Counted from the stretch's first letter, positions 1-10,062 are shown. The stretch: DNA of 64,000 nucleotides from Frankiales bacterium (GCA_025465465.1 JAODND010000034.1:8099-72098); one strand, 5' to 3'. A program made the numbers and translations. The notes: generated from the sequence alone by a model not told the origin.

Positions 1-408
1 GCACGCCGCGTGCCACTCGGCGTAGGCGGTGGCGGCCGTGGCCTGGTCCCAGTAGTCCTCCTCGCGCCTGAACAGGCCGTCCCCGCCGTAGGTCAGCACG
101 GTGAGGCCGGCGAAGTCGATGGGCGGCTGCTCCGGGTCGGGGTGGAAGTAGCGGTTCCACATGTCGAACACGACGCGGTCGCCCGCCACGATGTACCAGT
201 TGAGGACGGCGTGGACGTCGTAGGAGACGGCCATCAGCTCGGTGATCCAGGTGCGGACCGCCTCGCGCCCCTGCATCGTCCCGAGCTGCCGCTCGACGTA
301 GTCGACGTCCTCAGTGAGGTGGTTCGCCCACGCGTCCCAGTCCTCGTTGGTCGCCCCCGTCATCCAGAACGCGTGGAACGCCTGCTCGATCTCGGTGTCG
401 AGGCTCAC
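1..408 (-). CDS. NTF2/SnoaL-like family protein (3' end runs off the window)
   Basis: Not in the ORF track. Manual translation from GTG at 408 (GTGA overlap with the aldo/keto reductase stop) gives MSLDTEIEQAFHAFW...DWDAWANHLTEDVDY...GREAVRTWI...REEDYWD, open to the window edge. Confidence 0.8.
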   Translation of the reverse strand, partial: MSLDTEIEQAFHAFWMTGATNEDWDAWANHLTEDVDYVERQLGTMQGREAVRTWITELMAVSYDVHAVLNWYIVAGDRVVFDMWNRYFHPDPEQPPIDFAGLTVLTYGGDGLFRREEDYWDQATAATAYAEWHAAC

Positions 409-1337
409 GCGATCTCCCGCAGGGCGGCCGCGTCCTCGGCAGTGGGCACCCACTCGCCGGCCTTGACGTTGGCGCGCACCTGCTCGGCACTGGTGGCACC
501 GGCGATCACCGAGGCGACAGCGGGCCGAGCAGCAAGTCCGCCGATGGCGACCTCGAGCAGGGTGATGCCGCGCTGCTCGGCAAAGCCGGCCAGCCGCTCG
601 ACCTTGTCGAAGTCGCGGTCGGACACCGAGATCCCCCACAGCTTGAGGCGGCTGCCCTCAGGGAGCTCGGCGCCGCGCTGGTACTTGCCGGTCAGCAGGC
701 CCGAGGCCAGCGGGAAGAAGGGCAGCAGCCCGATGCCGTACTCCTGCAGGGCAGGCACCAGCTCGGTCTCCACCTTGGTCTTCAGCAGGCTGTACTCGTT
801 CTGTGCGCTGATGAAGCGCTCGAAGCCGCGGGTCCGCGCGACCCAGTCGGCGTGGGCGGTCTGGAAGCCGCTGAAGTTCGAGTGCCCGACATAGCGGATC
901 TTGCCCTCGTGCACGAGGTCGTCGAGCGCGCCGAGCGTCTCCTCGACCGGTGTCTGCGGGTCGGGCCGGTGCAGCTGGTAGAGGTCGATCCAGTCGGTCT
1001 GCAGCCGGGTGAGCGAGGCCTCGACCGCGCGTCGGATGTAGCGGCGCGAACCCCTCGCACCCCAGTCCTTGCCGTTGTCGTTGCCGAGCCGGGTGACGTC
1101 ACTGCCGAACTTCGTGGCGAGCACGACGTCGTCGCGGCGGCCCTTGAGCAAGGCTCCGAGCCGCGCCTCTGACTGCCCGTAGGAGTCGGAGGTGTCGATG
1201 AGGGTGATGCCGCTGTCGAGGGCGGCGTCGAGGACGGCGCGGCAGCCCTCGTCGTCCAGCTTCATCCCGAAGTTGTTGGTCCCCAGACCGACGACGCTGA
1301 CAACGAGCCCGGACGTGCCGAGGCGGCGGAACTCCAT
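405..1337 (-). CDS. aldo/keto reductase
   Basis: GLGTNNFG, DTSDSYG, ATKFG, IDLYQLHRPD, PFFPLASGLLTGKY motifs; TACATT-N6-ATG leaderless-type start. Confidence 0.95.
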   Translation of the reverse strand: MEFRRLGTSGLVVSVVGLGTNNFGMKLDDEGCRAVLDAALDSGITLIDTSDSYGQSEARLGALLKGRRDDVVLATKFGSDVTRLGNDNGKDWGARGSRRYIRRAVEASLTRLQTDWIDLYQLHRPDPQTPVEETLGALDDLVHEGKIRYVGHSNFSGFQTAHADWVARTRGFERFISAQNEYSLLKTKVETELVPALQEYGIGLLPFFPLASGLLTGKYQRGAELPEGSRLKLWGISVSDRDFDKVERLAGFAEQRGITLLEVAIGGLAARPAVASVIAGATSAEQVRANVKAGEWVPTAEDAAALREIA

Positions 1338-1352
1338 GACTGGAATGTAGCG

Positions 1353-2171
1353 TCAGCCCGCGAGCTCGGCCGCGAGCTTGGGCGACCAGATGACCCTCCC
1401 GAGGAAGCTGTCAGCTGCGGGATCCCTTGCCAGCCAGGCGATCACGCGCCCCGCCGCATCGTCGGGGGCGAGGTCGAAGCCCTGCCGCTCGATGTGGTCG
1501 GCACCACCGCGTGCGCGCATCGCCTCCGTGACGACGAAGCCGGGGTCGACGTTGAACGCGCGGATCCCGGTGCCGAGGTACTCCGCGTTGACCGCCCCGG
1601 CGAGCCGACCGACAGCCGCCTTGGACGCAGCGTACGCCAGACCCCAGCCGCCCTCGTCGGGCGGGGCCGGCGGGTCCGTCGTCGCGGAGCCACTGGCCAT
1701 CTGGACGATCGTCCCGGAGCCACGCTCGACCATCCCCGGCAGCACGACCTGCACCAGCGCGAGCTGGGCCAGGTAGTTGCCGCGCATCATCTGCTCGGCC
1801 ACCACGAGGTCCTGGGCGAGCACGCGCTCATGCCCGCCCTGCACGTGCACGATCGCGTTGTTCACCAGGAGGTCCACGCGCCCCCAGGTGTCGAGCACGG
1901 TGGCGGCAGCTGCCCGGACGCTGCCCAGGTCGAGAAGGTCCATGGCGACCGGCAGTGCGCGGCCACCGGCGCCCTCGACGAGCGCAGCGGTGGTCGCGAG
2001 GCTGCCCTCGACGCTGACGCCCCCCTCACCGTGCCGGGCGGGCACGGTCCCGGTGCCCTCCTCGACCGTCCGCGCGGTGAAGGCGACGTCCCAGCCCTCC
2101 CGGGCCAGGACGAGGGCGGTCTGGCGGCCGATGCCGCGGCTGGCACCGGTGACGAGTGCAACACGTTTCAC
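1353..2171 (-). CDS. short-chain dehydrogenase/reductase (SDR)
   Basis: VTGASRGIG, LVNNA, YAASK; start trimmed to GTG 2171. Confidence 0.92.
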   Translation of the reverse strand: MKRVALVTGASRGIGRQTALVLAREGWDVAFTARTVEEGTGTVPARHGEGGVSVEGSLATTAALVEGAGGRALPVAMDLLDLGSVRAAAATVLDTWGRVDLLVNNAIVHVQGGHERVLAQDLVVAEQMMRGNYLAQLALVQVVLPGMVERGSGTIVQMASGSATTDPPAPPDEGGWGLAYAASKAAVGRLAGAVNAEYLGTGIRAFNVDPGFVVTEAMRARGGADHIERQGFDLAPDDAAGRVIAWLARDPAADSFLGRVIWSPKLAAELAG

Positions 2172-2190
2172 ATGTGGGAGCGTGCCAGGC

Positions 2191-3051
2191 GTGAAGTACG
2201 CCGTCATCGCCCCCAGCACCACCGGTGTGTCCGCCGACCCCGCCTGGATCACGGCGTATGCCCAGCAGGCCGAGGCCCTGGGCTTCGAGTCGCTGGTCGT
2301 CGTCGAGCACACCGTGGTCGTCCGTGGCTACCAGAGCAGCTACCCGTACGACGCCTCGGGACAGATGGGCATCGCCGACGACGGCGACCTCCCGGACCCG
2401 CTGCAGCTGCTGGCCTTCCTCGCCGGCCAGACCACGGAGCTCGGTCTCGCGACCGGTGTGCTGATCTTGCCCAACCACCACCCGGTGCCGCTGGCGAAGC
2501 GGGTGGCGACCCTCGCCGCGCTGTCGGGAGGTCGGGTGCGGCTGGGCATCGGCATGGGCTGGATGCGCGAGGAGCTCGAGGCCTGTGGCGCGCCGTTCGA
2601 CGCCCGCGGGCGGCGCGCTGACGAGCAGATCGAGGTGCTCCGCAAGCTCTGGAGCGGGGAGCCTGTCGATCACGACGGAGAGTTCTTCTCCTTCCACCAG
2701 GCGATCTGCCGCCCCGCGGGCCAGGTGCCGATCCACGTCGGGGGTCACACCGTCGCGGCAGCCCGACGTGCCGGGCGGCTCGGTGACGGCCTGCAGCCCC
2801 TGGGCGTCGCGGGTGACGACCTGCGCCGGCTCGTCGACGAGATGCACAGCGCCGCCTCCGACGCCGGACGCGATCCCGCCGCTCTCGAGCTCTCGCTGGG
2901 CCACCTGGTCGCTCGCGTCGACGAGGCGAAGGCGATGCGGATGGCGGCGCTCGGTGCCCACCGGGTCGTTCTGGACCCGACTCCTACGACCGACCTGTCC
3001 GCAGCCCTCGACGAGCTGACGGCCTGCGCCTCCCGGCTCGGGCTCACATGA
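2191..3051 (+). CDS. LLM-class F420-dependent oxidoreductase
   Basis: GFESLVVVEH, DPLQLLAFLAGQT, GRVRLGIGMGW, PIHVGGH; start trimmed to GTG 2191. Confidence 0.9.
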   Translation: MKYAVIAPSTTGVSADPAWITAYAQQAEALGFESLVVVEHTVVVRGYQSSYPYDASGQMGIADDGDLPDPLQLLAFLAGQTTELGLATGVLILPNHHPVPLAKRVATLAALSGGRVRLGIGMGWMREELEACGAPFDARGRRADEQIEVLRKLWSGEPVDHDGEFFSFHQAICRPAGQVPIHVGGHTVAAARRAGRLGDGLQPLGVAGDDLRRLVDEMHSAASDAGRDPAALELSLGHLVARVDEAKAMRMAALGAHRVVLDPTPTTDLSAALDELTACASRLGLT

Positions 3052-3449
3052 CCTGGGAGCTGTCCCAGCTCGTCCACCGCTACGCCGCGTCGATCGACGA
3101 CCGCCGCTCGGTCGTACCGCTGTTCACCCCGGACGGGGTGCTCGTCACACCCGACCCCCCGACGGTGCTCGACCCGGTCCACGAGCACGTCGGCCCCGAG
3201 GCGATCGCCGCCGCCACCAGCGGGCTGCCCCGCACCTTCCACGCGATCGTGGGGGAGGTGTACGACGGTGAGCGCGGCCGGATCGCCTGCGTCGCGCACC
3301 ACGTCATCGACAACAAGACGGACCTGGTCTGGCACCTGAGGTACCTCGACGACTACCGCCAGGTCGACGGGGTGTGGCTGATCGCGCGGCGCCGGCTGTC
3401 GATCGACCTCATCGAGACGCGGCCCCTGAAGCGCGCCAGAACACCGTGA
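3048..3449 (+). CDS. NTF2/SnoaL-like protein
   Basis: LVHRYAASIDDR, LFTPDG, RYLDDYRQVDGVWLIARRRL; ATGA overlap with the upstream gene. Confidence 0.85.
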   Translation: MTWELSQLVHRYAASIDDRRSVVPLFTPDGVLVTPDPPTVLDPVHEHVGPEAIAAATSGLPRTFHAIVGEVYDGERGRIACVAHHVIDNKTDLVWHLRYLDDYRQVDGVWLIARRRLSIDLIETRPLKRARTP

Positions 3450-3462
3450 CAGACCACCTGAG

Positions 3463-3551
3463 CGGAGGGTGTGGGATTTGAACCCACGAGACGGGATCAA
3501 CCGTCTGGCCGCTTTCAAGGCGGCTGCACTCGTCCACTATGCGAACCCTCC
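3463..3551 (-). tRNA. tRNA-Ser(TGA)
   Basis: GGAGGGT/ACCCTCC acceptor stem, anticodon arm GCCGC-CTTGAAA-GCGGC, long variable arm, GGTTCAAATCC T-loop; CCA not encoded. Confidence 0.96.
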
Positions 3552-3663
3552 CGGGTGCGGCCCAGCCTAATCGGGGGCCGCCGGTCGGATCCCGCAGCGG
3601 AACGGTTGATTCCGACGACAACCCAGCACTCACCTCGTGAACGCACACGAGATGGGGCTTTCC

Positions 3664-5616
3664 ATGCGGGCTCGAGCAACAGGCTTCTTCGTGCTGGCAC
3701 TGGTGGCGTCGGGGTGCACGTCCACGCCGCACCCGACGACGCACGGCGGACGGCCAGCACCACTGGCCAGAGCCGTCGCGACCGGCCTCCAGCAGTTCGG
3801 CGACTGCGCGCAGCTGACCCGCGCGATCCGCGGCGAGGCCCTCAAGGAGGTCACCGCCTATGGCCTCCAAGCGCCTCAGCTGATGTATGGCCGCGGGTCC
3901 GGTGTGATGGGCGTGGACGACCGGAGCACCTTGGCCAGCACCGGGATGGCGGCTGCCGGCGGGCTGCCCATGCCCGCGCCCGAGAAGGCGGCCCAGGCCG
4001 CGGCGCCGGCAGCGGGGCCGGGCTTCTCGGGCACCAACAACCAGGAAGCCGGCGTCGACGAGCCCGACCTGGTCAAGACCAACGGCACCGTCATGCTGGT
4101 GCTGCGCCAGCAGGCCGCGGTCCTGCAGCTCATCGACGTGCATGGCGCGCACCCGGCGCTGCTCTCGAAGCTGCCCGTCGCCCTCCACAGCGAGCTGTCG
4201 ATGCTGCTGTCCGGGACGACGGTGGTGGTCCTCGGCCAGCGCTACGAGGGCAACAGCAACGTGACGACGGCTGAGGTCTACGACATCGCCGACCCGACGG
4301 CACCCGTGCACCTGCGCACGTTCCGGATCAAGGGGCAGCTGCTCGACGCGCGCTTCGTGCACGGCCGGGTCGTCCTGGCGACGCAGACCGTCCCCTCCCT
4401 GCGCTTCGTCTACCCCGGCGGCCCCACGACGCAGGCCGGCGCACTCGCCGCCAACCGGATGGTCATCTCGCGCGCCGACGCAAGCAGCTGGCTGCCCGCC
4501 GTCGTCGTGACGCCGCACCGCCGGACCTACCAGGCCCAGTGCGACGCCGCCTACCACCCGGCAGCCGCCTCCGGCACGGGCACGACCTCGATCGTCACGC
4601 TCGACCCGCAGGCTGACGCCCCGACCCAGAACCTCACCGTCGTCGGTGGCAGCAACGTGCTCTACGCGAGTGAGTCCACGCTCTACCTCGCGACCTCGTC
4701 GTGGCGCGACCAGCTCACCCTGGTGCGCGGCCGCGGGGCCGGCGTCACCACCGCACTGCACGGGTTCGACCTGACCGACCCGGACCACCTGCGGTTCCTC
4801 GGCTCCGGCTCCGTCCCCGGGAGCCTCACCGACCAGTACTCGCTGTCGGACCAGCACGGCTACCTGCGCGTCGCCACGACGATCGGCGACCCGCAGCCAC
4901 CCACGGGCGAAGGCATCCAGCCGGCGAAGGGGCAGCTGTCCGACAACCGCATCACGGTGCTCCACCCGACCGGGGGGCAGCTGGCGCAGGTGGGCGTCCT
5001 CACCGGCCTCGGCCGCGGGCAGCGCATCTACGGTGTCCGCTTCCTCGGAGACGTCGGCTACGTCGTCACGTTCCGCACCATCGACCCGCTCTACGCCATC
5101 GACCTCTCTGACCCCCGGCACCCGGCCGTGAAGGGTGCCCTCCACGTCAGCGGCTACTCGTCGACGCTGTTTCCGCTGGCGGACGGGCAGCTGCTCGGGA
5201 TCGGCCAGGCCGTCGGCGCCCGCCAGCAGCAGCTGGGTGCCCAGGCCGAGGTGTTCGACGTCTCGCAGCTCGCCCACCCGAGGCTCACCGGCAAGCTGGT
5301 CTACCCCCAGGCCGCGAGCTCCGCCGAGAACGACCACCACGCACTGCTGTGGTGGGGGCCGGCGCACCTCGTCGTGATGCCGCTGCAGACCTGGACCAAC
5401 GGCTCGTCGCAGGCACTCGTGCTCAAGGTCGAGACCGGGGGCACGCTCAAGGAGCTCGGCCGCATCTCTGCGCCGCACTCGGCAGGGACCTACGGAAGTG
5501 CGCAGATCACCAGGTCCGTCGTGGTCGGGAACCTGCTCTACTCGGTGACGGACGGCGGTCTCGTCGTCAACCCGCTCGACGAGGTGGACCGGCAGACGTG
5601 GCTTCCCTTCGCCTGA
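3664..5616 (+). CDS. beta-propeller domain lipoprotein
   Basis: Lipobox LVASGC, FSGTNNQEAGVDEPDLVKTNG, GYVVTFRTIDPLYAIDLSDP; alternative starts at 3637 and 3652. Confidence 0.88.
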   Translation: MRARATGFFVLALVASGCTSTPHPTTHGGRPAPLARAVATGLQQFGDCAQLTRAIRGEALKEVTAYGLQAPQLMYGRGSGVMGVDDRSTLASTGMAAAGGLPMPAPEKAAQAAAPAAGPGFSGTNNQEAGVDEPDLVKTNGTVMLVLRQQAAVLQLIDVHGAHPALLSKLPVALHSELSMLLSGTTVVVLGQRYEGNSNVTTAEVYDIADPTAPVHLRTFRIKGQLLDARFVHGRVVLATQTVPSLRFVYPGGPTTQAGALAANRMVISRADASSWLPAVVVTPHRRTYQAQCDAAYHPAAASGTGTTSIVTLDPQADAPTQNLTVVGGSNVLYASESTLYLATSSWRDQLTLVRGRGAGVTTALHGFDLTDPDHLRFLGSGSVPGSLTDQYSLSDQHGYLRVATTIGDPQPPTGEGIQPAKGQLSDNRITVLHPTGGQLAQVGVLTGLGRGQRIYGVRFLGDVGYVVTFRTIDPLYAIDLSDPRHPAVKGALHVSGYSSTLFPLADGQLLGIGQAVGARQQQLGAQAEVFDVSQLAHPRLTGKLVYPQAASSAENDHHALLWWGPAHLVVMPLQTWTNGSSQALVLKVETGGTLKELGRISAPHSAGTYGSAQITRSVVVGNLLYSVTDGGLVVNPLDEVDRQTWLPFA

Positions 5617-6173
5617 CCCACGCGGCTCGCGATGATGCTCGCAACGATGACAGTGCGCTGCTACGAGCCGCCGCACAGGGGCAGCCCGACGCCGTGCGGT
5701 GGCTGCTCGACGAGGTGGCTCCCATCGTGCACGGGTTCGTGTGGGCCCGCGTGGGTGGCGACCGGCTGGTCACCGAGGACCTGCTGCAGGAAACCCTGCT
5801 CGAAGCGGTCGCCTCAGCCGGCAGCTTCCGTGGCGACTCGGCTGTGTCGACCTGGATGTGCGGGATCGCCCGGCACCGCATCGCGAGGCACTGGGAACGC
5901 GAGCGCCGCGACGAGGTGCTGCAGTCGCGACTGCGCGCGGTCAGCGACGATGTCGAGGACCGGGAGGAGGCCCTGCTCCGGCGGGAGGAGGTCGCGGCAG
6001 CCCTCGGGCGGTTGCCGGCGATGCACCGTCAGGTGCTCGTCCTGAAGTACCTCGACGGCTTGGCCGTTCAGGAGATCGCCGGCCAGATCGGCCGCACCCG
6101 GGTGCAGGTGCAGTCCCTGCTGCAGCGCGCCCGGGACGGACTGCGCACCGAGCTGGGGGATGACCATGGCTGA
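5598..6173 (+). CDS. ECF RNA polymerase sigma factor
   Basis: EDLLQETLL, FRGDSAVSTWMCGIARH, LP...RQVLVLKYLDGLAVQEIA...QRARDGLR; GTG 5598 follows GAGGTGG. Confidence 0.9.
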   Translation: MASLRLTHAARDDARNDDSALLRAAAQGQPDAVRWLLDEVAPIVHGFVWARVGGDRLVTEDLLQETLLEAVASAGSFRGDSAVSTWMCGIARHRIARHWERERRDEVLQSRLRAVSDDVEDREEALLRREEVAAALGRLPAMHRQVLVLKYLDGLAVQEIAGQIGRTRVQVQSLLQRARDGLRTELGDDHG

Positions 6174-6840
6174 GCCCTCGAACGAGCTCGCCGGGATGGA
6201 CGCCCCACGGCCGCTGCCGGCTGACCTCAGAGCCCGGCTCGAGGAGCAGCTCCTCGCCGGACTGGACGAGCCCCGGCCGCTGGAAGCCGCGCACCGCAAC
6301 GCCCTCGCCCGCGCCCTGCCCCGCCCGCGGCGCACGCGGTACGTGGCGCCGGGTGCCGCAGCGGCCGCGATCGTCGTCGCGGTCGGCGTCGTGCTGCTGA
6401 GCGACGGCAAGACCACACCTCCCAGGCACGCAGCCGTCGCACCCGTGCAGTCGACGGTCTCCACCGCAGCAGGCGAGACGACCACGACGTCCGACCAGGA
6501 GGCCGGTGCCCCCGTCCCCGTCCCCGTCCCCGCCCCCGCCCCCACGACGGTCCTCGATGCCGGCTCGCCGTTGAAGGCAGTGGCACTGAGGCTGCAGCTC
6601 TCGCCATCGACCGGTCCGCTGAGCGGCAGCCTGACGCAGCTGTCGGGGCCACGGCTCGCCACCGTCACGCAGGTGCTCTTCGGTGGAGTCGCCGGCAGCG
6701 GGATCGTGGTGCACGCTGACGGCACGCTGACGGTGCGGACCCCGCCCGCCCCCAGCGCCCGGTCGGTCGACGTCACGGTCGTGCGGGCCGACGGTTCGCG
6801 CCTGACGGCTCCGTCCGGCTACCGCTACCGGGCGGCGTAG
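6166..6840 (+). CDS. putative anti-sigma: single-pass membrane protein with C-terminal IPT/TIG domain
   Basis: Overlaps the sigma stop; one TM (AAAIVVAVGVVLL), Pro/Thr linker, LSPSTGPLSG...VLFGG...LTVRTPP...VDVTV pattern. Confidence 0.75.
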   Translation: MAEPSNELAGMDAPRPLPADLRARLEEQLLAGLDEPRPLEAAHRNALARALPRPRRTRYVAPGAAAAAIVVAVGVVLLSDGKTTPPRHAAVAPVQSTVSTAAGETTTTSDQEAGAPVPVPVPAPAPTTVLDAGSPLKAVALRLQLSPSTGPLSGSLTQLSGPRLATVTQVLFGGVAGSGIVVHADGTLTVRTPPAPSARSVDVTVVRADGSRLTAPSGYRYRAA

Positions 6841-6844
6841 CGGG

Positions 6845-7135
6845 TCAGGCCTCGTCGAAGACCACGTCGAGGTTGTGGAAGCGCGGCGGTCCGTCGCCGA
6901 GCGCCATCATCGTGGCCGCCAGCGCCTGCGTCTCCGGCATCTCCGAGTTCTTCATCGCGTCCTCGTACGACGGGAAGAACACGATGTTCACGTAGTGGCC
7001 GGGGTTGTCGCGGTCCGCCGCGAGGACACCCCTCGTCGCCGTGCGTCGACCCTCTGTCGAAGCGCGGTACTCGTCCACCGCCGCTCGGGCCTCGTCGAAG
7101 CGGCTGGTCTGGAACTCGATCAACTGGACGAACAC
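6845..7135 (-). CDS. small conserved protein (ABM-like dimeric alpha/beta barrel)
   Basis: MFVQLIEF...ADRDNPGHYVNIVFFPSYEDAMKNSEMPET; typical GC codon usage. Confidence 0.75.
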   Translation of the reverse strand: MFVQLIEFQTSRFDEARAAVDEYRASTEGRRTATRGVLAADRDNPGHYVNIVFFPSYEDAMKNSEMPETQALAATMMALGDGPPRFHNLDVVFDEA

Positions 7136-7230
7136 GGCATCCCCCTCGGAGTCTCGGTGGTCCTCTCTCTACTCCTCCCGCGCGGGTTGCAACAGGGTCG
7201 TCGCGAGCGGTCGGTCGACCGAGAGGCGCC

Positions 7231-8631
7231 TCAACGGGCCGTGGCCACCAGCTCCGACAGCGCCCCGCGAAGGTGCTCGGCCAGCACGTCGAGGTCAGGG
7301 ACCGCGTCCGCGTCGGCGATCAGTCCGTAGGTCACGTGCCCGCAATAGCTCATGACCGCGACAGCCAGCTGGTGCTCGGGTGCGAGGAACGCGAGCGGGA
7401 CCAGCTCCTCGAGCTGCCGCCCCAGCAGGTAGATGGGGAACTGCGGGCCGGGGACGTTGGTGACCAGCAGGTTGTAGAGCCGGGACGAGAAGCCGAGGCG
7501 TGAGGCACGGGCCAGCATGGCCGGCGGCAGCGCGTTCTCGAGCGAGGTGAGGACCTTCGCGCCCTCTGCCTGCTTCGAGCTCTTGAGGTCCTCCATCGCG
7601 GCACGAACCGCCGCGAGCCGGGCGGACGGGTCTGCCAGCCCGACCGGGAGCGACGCGTTCATGATGGCGATCTCGTTGCCCAGGGCACCGCGCTTGGAGT
7701 CGGGCCGCAGCGACACCGGGACGCAGGCGCGAAGCGACAGCCCCTCCACCGCCACCCCACGGTCGCCGAGGAACCGACCCAGTGCACCGGCTACCGCAGC
7801 GAGCACGACGTCGTTCACGGTCGCGCCCCCCGACGAGGCCTTGACCAGCTTGTAGTCGGCCAGGTCGGTCTCGACGATGGCCACCCGACGGTGCGGTCCC
7901 GGCTTGGCGTTGAACGGGGTCTTGGGTGCTGCGGCGATGAGCGGCTTTGCGGCGTCGGCGAGCGCCGTGACCTTGCCGATCGTCGTGCGGACCGCCTCCT
8001 GCGGGTGCCGGGCCAGCCCGACGCCCTGACCGGCGAGCGTCGCGACGTTGCGGACCAGCCCGAGCGCTCCGGTGGTCAGCAGGTCGGCAGCTCCGGGGGT
8101 GGGCCTCGGCGACCAGGCGGGGGGCGGCTCGTCCTGCACATCGGGTGTGAGGTCGAACAGCACCGACATGAGGTCGACGCCGCTGACCCCGTCGACCATC
8201 GCGTGGTGCGTCTTCGCGACGAGTGCCCATTGGTCCACGCCGGCCACCTTCGCGAGCCCTTCGACGAGCCACATCTCCCACAGCGGCTTGCTGCGGTCGA
8301 GCCGCTGGCCGAGGACGCGGTCGACCAGGTTCAGCAGTTCGCGCTCGCCACCTGGACCGGGCAGGGCGGTGTGCCGCACGTGGAAGCCGAGGTCGAAGTG
8401 GACGTCCTCCACCCACACCGGCCGTCCGGTCCCCAGGGGCATCTCCTGCACGCGCTGCCGATAGCGCGGCAGCCGTGGCAGCCGCGCGTCGATGTGCCCG
8501 CGGAACGCCTCGATCGAAGGCGCCGGACCGGAGAAGACGCCCAGCGCGCCGATGTGCATGCGTGCCCCGCCCTCCTCCAGGTGGAGGAAGCCGGCGTCGA
8601 CACTGGTCAGCCTGTCCAGGTGTCCCTGCAT
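7231..8631 (-). CDS. wax ester/triacylglycerol synthase (WS/DGAT)
   Basis: HHAMVDGVSG catalytic motif, LDRSKPLWE, TVNDVVLA, VTNVPGP. Confidence 0.95.
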   Translation of the reverse strand: MQGHLDRLTSVDAGFLHLEEGGARMHIGALGVFSGPAPSIEAFRGHIDARLPRLPRYRQRVQEMPLGTGRPVWVEDVHFDLGFHVRHTALPGPGGERELLNLVDRVLGQRLDRSKPLWEMWLVEGLAKVAGVDQWALVAKTHHAMVDGVSGVDLMSVLFDLTPDVQDEPPPAWSPRPTPGAADLLTTGALGLVRNVATLAGQGVGLARHPQEAVRTTIGKVTALADAAKPLIAAAPKTPFNAKPGPHRRVAIVETDLADYKLVKASSGGATVNDVVLAAVAGALGRFLGDRGVAVEGLSLRACVPVSLRPDSKRGALGNEIAIMNASLPVGLADPSARLAAVRAAMEDLKSSKQAEGAKVLTSLENALPPAMLARASRLGFSSRLYNLLVTNVPGPQFPIYLLGRQLEELVPLAFLAPEHQLAVAVMSYCGHVTYGLIADADAVPDLDVLAEHLRGALSELVATAR

Positions 8632-8664
8632 GGCAGGAATCTGCCATGAAACACAGGCGGCGCG

Positions 8665-10062
8665 TCAGTCGAGAATGGCCAGCGCCGGGTTGTGACCACC
8701 GTTGGGGTTGAGGAACTGGCCGGTCGTCGGCACCCCTGGCACCGGGATGTTGCGGGGCGTCGTGGCGTCCTGGAACGACACGGCGATCCGCCCGTCGGGC
8801 AGCAGCCCGACGCTCGGGAAGTCGAAGCGGTCGGCGGCCGCACCGGCCACGAGGCCGATCGCGGTGGGCGCGTTGCCGAGGCCCACGGCATAGAGCTTGA
8901 TGACCGTCGGCTGCGGCTTCGAGACGTCCACCCGCCACACCAGGTCCTGCCCGCGGCCGCTCTTGCTGTCGGCGCGCGTGGAGACCACCGCCTGCCCGAG
9001 CCTGCCGTTGACCTTGACGTCGAAGAAGTCGCCGGTGCCCTCGATGGTCGCGACGGTCGGGGGCAGGACCAGCTCGGTCTCCTGCCAGCTGCGCCCGCCG
9101 TTCGGCGACAGCGCCAGGGTCATCGAGTTGCCCTTGCGCGTCACCATGGTGAGCCAGCCGCGCGAGTCCTGGCGCAACGTGCCGGTCGGCCTGAAGGCCA
9201 GCTTCACCCGCTCCCACTTCAGCGTCGTGGGGTTGAGGCGGGCCGCGTCCGCACCCAGGTTGTCCTGGCTGTTGTTGAGCAGCAGCACCCCGCCGGCATT
9301 CAGCGGCGTCGTGAAGGTCCCGGGGTTGGGCTGCCAGAAGTCTGCATCGGGGTTCTTCACCACGGGGATGGCGAACGTCCTGACCTCGGCGCTCGACTGC
9401 GACACGTCCAGGTTGGGATCGGTCGGGGTCAGGTAGGACAGCCCGTCCGTCGACAGCACCTCCAGTGTCTTGCTCACGGTGCCACCCCGGACGATCGTCA
9501 CGTAGGGCACCGTCTTGCCGTCGACGACGAACGGCCCCTTCGCATAGGTGACCCACTCGCGGTCGAACACCGGCGACTTCAGTGGTGCCTCGGCGGTCTC
9601 CCACTTCTTGGTCGCGGCGGTGTACTTCACGCCCTGCAGGTGGTCACCGGTGTAGGGGTCCCACGAGATCCCGAAGTAGTCGCCGTGCGGGCCGGCCACG
9701 ATCGCGCCCTCGCCGTTGTAGAGCGGCGTCGCGAAGCTGATGCGCTGCCAGCTCTTGCCGTGGTCCGGAGAGACATACGGGTACGAGCCGCCGTACTCGA
9801 GCAGGCCGCCCTTGGCCGTCGTGGTGACGTAGACCTCGCAGCAGTTGCCACCCGTCGGCGTCCAGTGCCACTTCGCCGTACCCGTCTTGTGCCCGAGCGC
9901 GTCATAGACGGCGTAGCTCGCGGCGAACCGCTGGGAGGGGTAGTTGGCAGCGTTCGCCGGCTCGGACGGAAGCGGCGGGGCGGCGAGGGCCACACCTCCG
10001 ACGACACTGGCGAGAGCGGCGCCGAGCAGGCCGGCCCGGTAGGAGCGCTTGCTGGGTGACAT
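8665..10062 (-). CDS. secreted Asp-box (BNR) beta-propeller-like protein
   Basis: Signal peptide ending VALA; Asp-boxes SPDHGKSW and SPNGGRSW; GGNCCE motif; start trimmed to ATG 10062. Confidence 0.75.
   Translation of the reverse strand: MSPSKRSYRAGLLGAALASVVGGVALAAPPLPSEPANAANYPSQRFAASYAVYDALGHKTGTAKWHWTPTGGNCCEVYVTTTAKGGLLEYGGSYPYVSPDHGKSWQRISFATPLYNGEGAIVAGPHGDYFGISWDPYTGDHLQGVKYTAATKKWETAEAPLKSPVFDREWVTYAKGPFVVDGKTVPYVTIVRGGTVSKTLEVLSTDGLSYLTPTDPNLDVSQSSAEVRTFAIPVVKNPDADFWQPNPGTFTTPLNAGGVLLLNNSQDNLGADAARLNPTTLKWERVKLAFRPTGTLRQDSRGWLTMVTRKGNSMTLALSPNGGRSWQETELVLPPTVATIEGTGDFFDVKVNGRLGQAVVSTRADSKSGRGQDLVWRVDVSKPQPTVIKLYAVGLGNAPTAIGLVAGAAADRFDFPSVGLLPDGRIAVSFQDATTPRNIPVPGVPTTGQFLNPNGGHNPALAILD

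Noticed and set aside
2165..2177. GTTTCACATGTGG here and in reverse near 40784-40796, resembling parS
   Set aside because: Only one half matches the GTTTCACGTGAAAC palindrome; probably coincidental.
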